This document shows positions 52,270 to 64,000 of a stretch of 64,000 nt of DNA, in pieces. The notes below the pieces were generated by a model. The model saw only the letters and a program-made list of their open reading frames with translations, made no database searches and was not told the DNA's origin. The DNA comes from Eledone cirrhosa (lineage: Eukaryota): contig OZ024742.1 in the NCBI GenBank assembly GCA_964016885.1, forward strand, positions 125,364,001 to 125,428,000. The letters run 5' to 3'. Within the stretch, counting starts at the first letter, position 1. Every line of letters begins with the position of its first letter. The translations under genes and the position numbers were made by a program.

Positions 52270-52503
52270 TTTTATAGATAATTTAACTGGCAATGAATGT
52301 TTATCATTGATTGACCAACATTTAAATATATATATATAAATATAATTTCTCAAAGATCTTTCGGCACACATTTATGTGACATCTTCAGTGATTATCGATG
52401 TGTTTCTTCCCAAGAGGAACTTTGAAATTATATTTATATTTATATTTTTAACTGTTGGTCAATCAATGATAAACATTGATTGCCAGCTAAATTATTTATA
52501 AAA
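52270..52503. repeat. Inverted repeat (~60-bp arms) enclosing a hammerhead-like core
   Basis: 52270-52330 is inverted against 52441-52503. Confidence 0.9.
52349..52392 (-). ncRNA. Minimal type I hammerhead-like motif (family H5)
   Basis: tca-CTGAAGA-tgtcacataaatgtgtgcc-GAAA-gatc-TT-tga: palindromic stem III and 3-bp stem I. Confidence 0.55.
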
Positions 52504-53289
52504 ATATAAAAATATACGTGACGTTAAGCGATTGAGAGTACAATATTCGCTCTGGAAAGGACACTAGTCCATCGCAGCGTTTAACAACTAGCTAAAACTG
52601 AGTCCCAACAGTATCTACGGCCTTAACCCTGCGAAGGATTGGTGTAATTTCCAGGAAGTAGCTTTTTACTCTCAGTTACTTACCACCACAACAACTGGGA
52701 TAAACAATGTCTGGGTGAGCTTCCGGGCTTGAGACAGACTTTAGACTTAGATGTGTTTAACTTGTAGAACAATGGACACTGCTAAGCCAACAAGCGTATG
52801 ATTTAAGTTGAAATTAATGGTTAGACTAAGGCACCTATTGGCCTGATGATTCAGACGGAATAATATAATGTAAATAAAAGTAACTTCCATTAATAGATCT
52901 CGAAATCAGAGTATGAAATTTAAAAATATACCGACTTAAACGTTTAGTAAATTTTCCGCTGGAGAACTCAATAAAAGGTAATAAATATATTTCGAAGCTG
53001 AATTATTGAAATTAGAATTTCTCATATATATCAATCGTGATATACATGTAAACAATAACATAACAAATTTATATCCTTCATTGGACGTTTCTAGAAAAAG
53101 TATCATAAAAATGTTTTACCAATAAATGTTTCCATGGCAACGCGACCGATACAGTTATGAAAAGTTTTAAAATTCTTTCATTTATTGGTAGTTAAATTAC
53201 TGCGATCGGCATCTTAAATTTCAAAGATTTACACCAAGGGGAAATGTATTTCTGGTTAATAAATTTATGTGAATTAGACAGATTTGACC

Positions 53290-53621
53290 ACCATCATTAT
53301 CATCATCATAATCGTCATCGGCGTCATCTTCTTCACCATTGTCACCTTCATCGTAATGGTAGTTGCCATTGCTGGAATTATTTCAGCATTATTATCATCG
53401 ATATATTCGTTATCATGGCCCTGATGTTTATCATCAACATTACCATGTTTATCTTCAGCATTACCATCAACAATTTTGTCGTCAACGTCACCAATATAAT
53501 GATATCAATGATAACACCACCATACTGGTGTTGATTCCATAATAATGATCATAAAATCTGTCATCGTATAACACTCGATTCTGTTTCGTATCCTCATTAT
53601 CATGCTAATAATCATCACCAT

Positions 53622-53661
<40 letters not shown>

Positions 53662-54396
53662 GACGTCGTCGTCATCGTAATCATCATCCTCAGGATCATT
53701 TTTCACACCAGCATCCTTCTTGTCATCATCATCATTGTCATCGTTATCACTGTAATCAGGAACATGATCGTTATTGTTATTTTTCTAAAAGTGATTATGA
53801 TAATGATGATGATAATAATAAAAATGAAAATAATGATAACAGTAATGATGATGGTGATGATGATGGTGGTGATGATAACAATAACAGCATCAACAACAAT
53901 AATAATAGTAATACTAATAGTGATAATAATTATTATTATACAACAACGACGATTTTAATTGCAATATAGTTTTTATGATGAGGAATATAATGATGGGATG
54001 CTGATGATGATGATGATGATGATGATGATGACGTTATCATCATTATCATCACCACCACCACCACCACCATAGTCATAACAATATCCTCCACCTCCTTCTC
54101 ATTATTATCATCATCATCAGCACTATCAACATTATATGATGATGATGATGATGATGAGGTTATCATCATTATCACCACCACCACCACCACCACCATAGTC
54201 ATAACAATATCCTCCACCTCCTTCTCATTATTATCATCATCATCATCAGCACTATCAACATTATATGATGATGATGATGATGACGTTATCATCATTATCA
54301 CCCCCACCACCACCACCACCATAGTCATGACAATATCCTCCACCTCCTTCTCATTATCATCATCATCATCATCATCATCAACACTATCAACATTAT

Positions 54397-54431
<35 letters not shown>

Positions 54432-54560
54432 AGCGATGTTGCTGGTGATGTTCATAATGATGACGATATACGAAATCATGATTATGATGAAGATGATGAC
54501 GATGATGATGATGATGATGTGGATGATAATATTTATAATGGTGACGATACAAAAAAAGAA
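53290..54560. repeat. (ATC/GAT)n low-complexity block with a ~135-bp higher-order tandem x3 (54000-54410)
   Basis: Unit 'accatagtcataacaatatcctccacctccttctcattat' recurs three times. Confidence 0.9.
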
Positions 54561-54924
54561 TGATGGTTATTCTCCTCTTGAAATTTTTATAGTTGTCATG
54601 ATGGTGATATTGGACATGGCCGTTATTGTGGACAATAGTTTTAATATCACCATTAAAGTCGTTGTTTACGTTGTTAACATCATTGATCATATATATTGAT
54701 ATTGTTGGTTTAAATATCGCCAATACTATCTTGTATCTCGTCATACACATCTTTCACACTCACATAATATATAACTTCTTTATTTTTATTGCAATGCTTA
54801 GTCTAGTGATATGTATGTGGATGTATGTACGTGTGTGTTTTATGTGTATTTGTTTGTTTCTTGTATGTGTATATGGCCTGGATATTTACGCATAATCACA
54901 CTCTCTCTCTCTGTTACTCTTTCT

Positions 54925-55013
<89 letters not shown>

Positions 55014-55063
55014 CATATATATATAGATATAGATATATATATATATATATATATATATAGGTA

Positions 55064-55108
55064 AATATTGCTGATGAGATGTAACAACATCGAAACTAGT
55101 CCAATATT
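55064..55108 (+). ncRNA. Type I hammerhead ribozyme, canonical core
   Basis: Stem I AATATTG/CAATATT (7 bp), CTGATGA, stem II GATGT-aaca-ACATC, GAAA and palindromic stem III ACTAGT. GUC cleavage triplet with predicted cut after 55101. Confidence 0.92.
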
Positions 55109-55122
55109 CCTTGTCTGGCTTT

Positions 55123-55161
55123 CTGAAGAATAGAGGAAAGATGTTTCCTCAAAAACCAGTA
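55123..55161 (+). ncRNA. Second, degenerate hammerhead-like motif in tandem
   Basis: CTGAAGA-ata-GAGGAAA-gatg-TTTCCTC-aAAAAC-ca-GTA; G12 appears mutated. Confidence 0.45.
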
Positions 55162-55323
55162 TGACTCTAAAAACCGGTTTGTCTGTGTGTTTACATACAG
55201 AATAGCTGGACACTCACAGTAAAGTGACCAGTGAAAAACTCGGTACATCTACATATGTACACGTGTGTGTATTCATATGCATACTAGTATTTCAGTATAC
55301 ATATGTGGATGTACATTTTTAAC

Positions 55324-56162
<839 letters not shown>

Positions 56163-56301
56163 GCAGACAGAGAGACAGAACAGAGAGAGTGTATGTGTTA
56201 GGATGTATCTACGTGTGTGTTTTATGTGTATTTGTGTGTTTCTTGTATGTGTATATGGCTGTATATTTACGCATAATCACAGACTCTCTCTCGCTCTTTC
56301 G

Positions 56302-56436
<135 letters not shown>

Positions 56437-56994
56437 TATATATACATATATATGTATATATATATGCAAAGAGAGAGACAGAACAGAGAGAGTTATGTGC
56501 GTGCGTGTGTGTGTGAAAGGGAGAGAGAGTGTATGTGCTGGAGGGAAGAGATCATGTGTATTTATACTGCCATATGTGCCTCTGTGTATGTGTGTGTATC
56601 TGTAACAGAGTTTCTTTTAAACATATAAAAAAAGGATGACTGTTTAAGTATGATCATTTATGATAAGGATCTTGTTATATTTCCTGATAGGTTCGGTGTT
56701 GAACAATACCCTTCCTAAATCCATAAATCCATCAGTTCGAACAATGTTTCAATTTGTTCTAAGACAATTGTTTGTTCATCGGTACCTCTACTAGGTTGAC
56801 ATGTGATTTAGATGCATATTTTCTTCATATACACACACACATTCACACACTCATACACTCACACACATATACACACACAAACACACGCACAAATGTGTGG
56901 GGGGGGGGGGTGAAAAGTAAACGACAAAAAAACACAGCAGACGATGAAGTACAACGATGATTTATTAGTTTCACGCTTAATAAAGTTAGAAAAA

Positions 56995-57030
56995 CCTAAA
57001 CGTTTTGGACGCTAATCCTTCATCAGGAAA
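56995..57030 (-). ncRNA. Degenerate hammerhead motif, family H1
   Basis: Minus strand tttcCTGATGAaggattagcgtccAAAACgtttagg (G12>A). Confidence 0.45.
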
Positions 57031-57370
57031 TTGAATGAGAAATTAAAGAAGAAATAGAAAGACAGAGGATAATAAGCATGGGTAGAAACGAAAACAAATA
57101 CCTTCAAGAAAAAGCTCGTCATTTCATTTCGTCATCTCTTATATATATATACTCTATTGTTAAAGATAAGGCTACTTTCGAGTTTCAATTTCTTCAATAT
57201 CACCCTTGTGTTATTTAATAAGGCCACTACACAGTTGTTGGCTTATCTCTACGACCAATTTTATTGTAGGCACACGCATAGTTATTAAATAAACTATATG
57301 CTAAAGAGAAAGAGGATACATATAAATAGAAATATATAGAAGGAGATGCAAACCTGCATTGTAGACGTTT

Positions 57371-57910
57371 ATGTTTAATTGTGCAAAATTTGTGCAAAAT
57401 TGTCCCCAATCGCGTGTCTGTGGAGCAAAAAGGGAACCGTTAGAAATACGTCAGGATTTGTTACAAATTTTTTTCTGTATAGTAATACCAGGAGATGAAT
57501 CATGGGTGTCTGCGTACGATCCAGAGACAAAATGGGCAAGGGATGAGAAGCATACGAAACATTTTCCATGTCTGAATAAAGCATGCATGAGCAAATCCAA
57601 GGTGGAAACTATGATTATGAATTCTTTCAACAGCCATGGTATTATTCACAAAGAATTGTTACGTCCAAAACAGACAGTTATTCGCACCTTCTACAAAGTT
57701 GTCTTGGAACGACTTCGAAATCAGATCCAGCGAATACGAAACTACACTGCAGGAAATTGGTACTCCACCAGGAAAACGTGCCTGCTCACAGAGCAGCACT
57801 TTCAATTAGAGAATTTGGCGACGGAAAACATTCCCAGTCTTCTACAGCCAGATCTAGCTCCGTGTAATTTCTAACTCATCCATAAATGGAAATCGAAGTT
57901 GAAGGGACTG
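57371..57910 (+). pseudogene. Mariner (DD34D) transposase remnant
   Basis: 'CAKFV', 'GDESWVSAYDPETK', 'SKSKVETM', 'GIIHKE', 'LHQENVPAH' (other frame) and 'PDLAPCNF'. Confidence 0.88.
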
Positions 57911-58452
57911 TGGAAAACAAGAAAAAATTTAAACCGACAGTACTTCAATGATTAATAGAAAAAAAAGTCGGAATCAAACTGTGACGTCCCATCATGGGTC
58001 GTATTTTCAAGGAGATCATTTTTAATTTCATATACGTCTAATTTACATTTAAATAAAGCATCAGTACTCTTACTTTGGGGACAAATTCTATATATAAGCT
58101 CATATGTAAAAATGTATAAATATATATGTGACACAAACACAGAATGACAGCATACATACATTGACACATAAATCAAGTACTAACATACACCAAAATACAT
58201 TAAAATGAACAGTCACTAGGGCGAACAAACAGATTTTATCTCAACCAAAAATCAATAAATACATATATAATTAATTAATTAATTTAAAAGACTCAAAACG
58301 AAAGGAATACCAGTAACAAAATACAGACAAAACTGCGAAATATGAAGATATTTAACGTATGATATAGTGAGAGAATTGATTACACTACATGAACTGCTGC
58401 ACAATGGTATAAAGCATATCTAGCATACATTGCTTCCGGGATATAACGTATG

Positions 58453-58830
58453 ATAATTGTTTCTACTTTTGGCACAAGGCCAGCAATTACTCAGTGTATT
58501 ACTGGTACTTTATTTTATCGACCCCGCAAGGATGAAAGGCAAAGTTAACTTCGCGGGATTTGAACTCAGATCGTAAAGGGACGTAACTACGCTGGAAAGC
58601 ATGTTTGACCCTCTACCAATACTGCCAATTCACCGCCCTATATATACGTATGATAATTGTTTCTGCTTTAGGCACAAGGCCAGCAAATACCAGTACATTA
58701 CTGGTACTTTATTTTATCGACTCCGTAAGGATGAAAGGCAAAGTTAACCTCGGCGAGATTTGAACTCAGACTGCAAAGGGACGTAACTATGCTAGAAAGC
58801 ATGGCGTCCAACCCTCTACCGATACTGCTA
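58453..58830 (-). mobile_element. Two tandem SINE family A copies
   Basis: 58453-58637 and 58653-58830, both reverse complement of the consensus. Confidence 0.88.
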
Positions 58831-58862
58831 ATTATGATAATGATTGAAATTAAGAGACCGTC

Positions 58863-58992
58863 AGTAGGAGGCTGACAATGTTAGTAGGAGGTTGGAAACA
58901 TGAGTAGGAAGGGGACAACGTGAGCAGGAGTTTGGCAACGTGGGTAGGAGGGTGACAACATGAGCAGGAGGTTGGCAACGTGAGTAAGAGGG
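58863..58992. repeat. 21-bp minisatellite (gtaggagggtgacaacatgag-like), about 6 units
   Basis: Directly visible, with an alternating two-unit pattern. Confidence 0.85.
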
Positions 58993-59099
58993 CGAAAATG
59001 GAGGGTGAATATGGATTTGAAATTAAATGATGAAATATATAATATACCTTCGGTTGATCAAAACGATTAACAATATCCTTGCTCTATTTCGCTTACCGG

Positions 59100-59297
59100 G
59101 TGGGGTGGGACTTATCAAATCGGACAAACGAAATGTTTCCATTGGTCGTTCCATAGTTGATACTATCTACCGGTCGCAACTCCAGTCAGAAAGAGCAACG
59201 TGGAATAAAGTGTTATGCTCAAGAAAATCGGCCGGTCCTGGAATCCAACTTGCAGCCGCACGATTGCGTATCTAATTCTCTAAGCTACGTGCCTTCA
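59100..59297 (-). mobile_element. SINE family B
   Basis: Reverse-complement match to 18905-19120. Confidence 0.75.
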
Positions 59298-59539
59298 CAT
59301 AATATCTATTACTCATGGTATAAAATATATGAATACATCAACTAAAACAACAAGCAAAAAGAAAAAAGATTGGAAAGTTGGTAAAGAGGAAAAATGCAAA
59401 GAAATAAAATGAAATTTACTCTACAGCCTATAAATGTTGCTGAATTTTACAGATTCTGTAAAGTAGTATACGAAGTCATGGATTATAATGAGTGACTTCG
59501 ATACTCCCTACCTAATAAGTATAAAGTATGTTTCGAGCC

Positions 59540-59800
59540 TGTAGGTTCATCAGGCCGCTGCTTATACCGGTTTCCGTGGCTGAAGCGACTGGGATTATAA
59601 GTCTCTTCTCAGGACAGGACGCCAGTCCATCGCAAGATTAAACCCCCAGCTACTGCAGGCATTCATTCTTCGCTGAGTATGCTTCACCAACATGCAATGA
59701 AGTGTTTTGCTCAAGAACACAACACGCAACCCAATCCAGGAATCGAAACCATGACATTATGATCGCAAGTCACACACTATTATCACTAGGCCACGCACTT
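59540..59800 (-). mobile_element. SINE family B-like with long 3' domain
   Basis: Reverse A/B boxes ('ggaatcgaaacc', 'cactaggccacgc') and 'ccagtccatcgc' domain. Confidence 0.7.
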
Positions 59801-60397
59801 CCACTATGTTCCTCAAACTCCATACTTAATAATATATGACAGTAATACAACCCATCGTGAGGGCACATAAGATACTGGGTTCGATTAATAGACCAGGAAG
59901 AGCGTTATGTTCCTGAGCGAAATACTTCATTTCGTGTGGCTCTTTCTACGGGGAGTTGCGGCCAGCAGATAGTATCAGCAATGGAAATATTACTTTCTTG
60001 GTCCGAGCTGACGATCAGCAGAAACATACAACATAACACAATAGAAGAAGAAAATGGTTCTACCACGATACAATATAGTGTGTTTAGTTATGTCGGAAAA
60101 ATAATTTAGATTACACATTCTTATTGTTGTTTCTGATTAGTTCCAGTTCAACGCTGATAGGAAAGATCTCTTACAAGGTCATTCAAACAATGAACTTCCT
60201 TTCATTTTGAAATTCTTGGAATAAATACTCCAATTTCTTCCGTATTTTATTATTTTAAAGGCCAGCTCAAATATAGTTTTTAAGGATAATCTATCTGCTA
60301 TTCGCAGAGTAGGAGCAACTTGTACTGGTTCTTCCGTTGGCCTCTATTTACGTTGGCTTCGTTTGTGTTTTTGTGTGGTATTATTATCATGTTATAA

Positions 60398-60615
60398 AGG
60401 CGGTGGATTGGCAGTATCGGTAGAGAGCCGGACACCATGCTTTGCAGCATAGAGTTACGGTCCGTTACGGTCTGAGTTCAAATCCCGTGGAGGTTAACTT
60501 TGCCTTTCATCCTTACGGGGTCTATAAAATAAAGCACCAGTAACATACTGGGGTCGATTTAAGCGACTTTCCCCTCCTACAAAAATTGCTGGCCTCGTGC
60601 TTAAGTCAGAAACCT
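60398..60615 (+). mobile_element. SINE family A, full length
   Basis: Head, core and tail, with 'tattatcatgttata' repeated on both flanks as a candidate TSD. Confidence 0.9.
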
Positions 60616-61625
60616 GTATTATCATGTTATATAAAAATGTTTACTCTTTTAGGTATTTGAAGAATTCCAGTCACAAATACCTCTTAAATTTTCATTCTTA
60701 TAAAGCTACAACAGATATCAGATTAGCTCCCCCACTGTGTGACCACATTCGATTTTTAATTAATGTGGATAGACGATTTGTATTCATTGCCTCTCAGTGG
60801 CCAGAATTAATTACTAATGCCATTAAACAATGGTGTTTTCCTCCTCGCTACGAGCGTAATTGCAATGAAGTAAACAGTTTGAAGGGAGAATACTATGTTA
60901 CAAATCTATTTATATTTTTATTTTCAACTAGATGTCATGTCACACTGACATATGAGACCTTAATACCGTTATCACCGGTGTCATATTTTTGTTGCCGAAA
61001 CATTCAATACACGTTGCTTCACTCTTGATGGCAATATATAGGTGTCGAATGAATATACAGCTCACCATTTTAGTAATGTAATTATTGTATTATTAACACA
61101 TTTTGTATTCTATATATATGTAGATCTTGTTTAAAATTCTTAAACAATATAGAAATGGAAACAGGAATCCACTCCATCTTATCGTCGCCATTATATTCTG
61201 ATATTTTCAAGAACTCAAGGATTCCATTTAACAGGTGTGTTTTATTTATTTAATTTTTGTAATAAGGAATTTTCTTGTATTATATTTGTAATACATAAAA
61301 GTCATACATCTACTAAGTCTGAAGGGTGCCATCTAAAGCCTAAAGGTATACAGTTCTGGCTTTGAACCCATTTGGTAAACCTGTTTACAAGCAGTTGATA
61401 TATTTGATTTATCATTTCCGTGTTCCTCACTTATATTTTTTATTCAGTACTTCATCTGCTGTGATGTGATTTGTATTTTTTATATCCAATATAATGATTC
61501 GATATTGGTGTAAATATTTTTTTTCTACATTTTATTTATCTATATATAACAACCTTTTACGACTCAGATTTCACTTCAGTTATTCAGATTACGTTATAAT
61601 TTACTTTCTAGCAAACGTTCCCAGT

Positions 61626-61805
61626 GAAGGCGTGTAGCTAAGGGTTTTGAGAATTATATTCCTAATCGTTGGCTTGCGAGTTCGATCCCCGGTGTGGCTG
61701 ATGTGTTATGTCCTTCAACCAGATAATTAATATTATTTTGCTCTTCCTGTCAGGGGCTAGTATCAACAATGAAAACATTATTTTCTTTGTCCGATTTGAC
61801 GCGAT
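61626..61805 (+). mobile_element. SINE family B, diverged
   Basis: 'gaaggcgtgtagctaagggtt' head and 'gagttcgatccc' B box. Confidence 0.65.
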
Positions 61806-64000
61806 CCACCCCATTTGGTAAGCGAATGTTGTCTGGGATCTTGTCGATCGAATTCCATCTTTCTATACTTTGCAAACTTCGGTACAATATTATTTTTTCT
61901 TAGTTTGTTTTACAGAATCTTCCTCAGACAACACATTTTCTTCTATACATTCCACCTTAAAAATTTTACTTTTTGTTATATTACTCACAGTTTTATTTCA
62001 TTACTTTTATTTTATTATGTGCTTCCCTTATTATTTCCTTTCAAATCTACATTGAGTTGCTACCCCGATCTATTCGGTTAATTCTTAAGAGTTGCCAGTG
62101 TATCTTTGTAAGCAAATCGAATCTCTATTTTTGTATATTTTGTTGGGCAAGCGTATTCAAATGCCGTCTACTTTTATTGTATTCCCTTTTTTTCGTATAC
62201 ATCCATCTCAATATATCTAGTGTATAGTGGTTACCAAATCTATTACGAAATAGCCTTGGGGAAAGAAATAGTAAAGTGGAAGAGAGAGAGAGCTTATGGA
62301 AGAGAAAAGCTGTTGGTGATACTAAGAAAGAGATAGCTGGCTACAACAAATTTTATACTGGATTTAGTAGTTTATTGTAACAGGCAATTTTCAAGAAATC
62401 TAAAAGAATCTCTATTGATTTTTACAGAAATATGCATTCTTGTATATATCTATGAACAATAGTTTATGAACTGTGAAAGATTTACAGAGACGTTCAGTAC
62501 GTTGTATTTTATCATACTTAGCGCAATAGCTATCATACAACGCGAGATGACTTTATCGACAATAAAACTACTATCATTATCTTGGCTAGAAACAGTTCTT
62601 CATAAAGGACTTTAAATGTATACGACCAGCACTCTCTTTATATTAATTTTGCAGTTAAGATTATGTGTATTGGTATATATAATATGCATTTATCTTTCAT
62701 CGGAATGTACTTGATTTAATATTTAATGTAACAGAAAAGCGATTTAATTTGGATATAAAAATAAACAAGATTTCTTCCAGTAAACTAATCGTCCACAATC
62801 GATATTATTAATAAATGTTGTGCTTGAATTATATATGAATTCGAACTAGCGAGAACTTTCTCGATTAAATTTCTACAATCATAAAGAATAGACTCTGCTT
62901 CAGAATGGTAGAAACTGTGAAGCACAGAACAAAACACTATGTACTATTTAGTTTCCCTTTATACTTCAAGTATAAGTCTCACCAAAGTCAACTATTTATC
63001 ATAGCCAACCCCAAGTATCAATAATGTGTTGTGGTAGTATTTAATCAAATATATTTCTCTGCATCCGACTGAGTATTTATTGCCATACCTACCCGTAATT
63101 ACAGATTTCGACTCTGATCGAGATGAGCTTTTCTATTCAGAAAACCGTTTTAGCTATATAATGATTATTTTCTGGAGAAGTAGACAATTTCAATTTCGAT
63201 TCTCACCCTCAGCTGTCTCTTTTAAATTGATGCAAGTTTATAAACTATCATAAAGTCTGTCGAAGATCCAACAATTCCTATCCTAGATGTCTAAACAAGG
63301 AATCGGTTATTGAAATCTAAACACATTGTAACCAGGCTCGAAAGCCAGTAGTTATCGGATTTGAAAATTAGTTAAGCGTAAATTCAAGGAAATTGTATTA
63401 AATTGATAGATGAAATTAAAGCGACAAATTTGAGGGGCATCACGTTTTCATAGTAAGAAAAATCTAAACGTTAGAAAAAAGTTAGAAATGCTGTTAGGAA
63501 ATCGATGAGAGATTCCTACAAATTATATCACAACCAAAACGCCAGTGGGGAAAATAGCATTTATCTTTTCTTCAACGCTGAACAATTGGTGTCGTTGGTG
63601 CTACATCGTGTACACTAAGAAATGAACGTACGAAAGATGCTTGTTGAATCTGGATAACGCAATCCCATACGTGACCATATTGTTAGTTATTTAAAGTCCG
63701 TCTTTGCTCTTGCTACGCAGTTGTAAACAGAAGTTTATTTTTGCGTTTATATATACCAAAACTTGTTTATCTTTATCTTAGTAGAAATGCATTCTCACTG
63801 ACAGAAATTTAGGTATATTCCCCGTTTTACTGGATTGCTTTGTAAGAAAAGTTTGATAACCTTCTGCCAGCTAAACACAAAATGAAAGATTTTTACAGAT
63901 ATTAGTATACCGATTTCTGTTTATCGTTAATAGCGTGGTTGTGATCACATAAATATTTGTGATTCTGGCAAGATGTAGTCAACCTACTTCATATGATACA

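Noticed and set aside
53244-54750. His/Asp/Met/Ile-rich ORFs
   Set aside because: (ATC)n trinucleotide low complexity; no domain.
61100-62300. Possible highly decayed retroelement coding sequence on the minus strand
   Set aside because: No diagnostic motif could be read confidently.

Overview
AT-rich, gene-poor eukaryotic DNA, probably intronic or intergenic and probably octopus/cephalopod. The organism is inferred only from the tRNA-derived SINE families and the very dense (TA)n/(CA)n/(TTA)n microsatellites. No host protein-coding exon can be supported. The window is a transposon graveyard. It holds an intact R4/Dong-type RLE retrotransposon ORF plus two truncated copies stacked in (TAA)n, a decayed Tx1/L1 element, and fragments of CRE-like, CR1-like and RTE-like LINEs. 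It also holds a Penelope-type GIY-YIG fragment, a full-span Chapaev3 DNA transposon (CAC TIRs, TAA TSD), mariner and Helitron remnants, and about 20 SINE copies. The most striking signal is not explained by any ORF. About ten small inserts from several unrelated sequence families sit in or beside (TA)n microsatellites. They carry minimal type-I hammerhead ribozyme cores (one textbook-perfect at 55064-55108) and/or near-perfect fold-back palindromes, and in the one family with two palindromic copies the arms share copy-specific variants. These look like a Penelope/retrozyme-like, ribozyme-processed, snap-back mobile RNA system targeting TA repeats. All calls come from reading the sequence by eye, and coordinates of degenerate elements are approximate.
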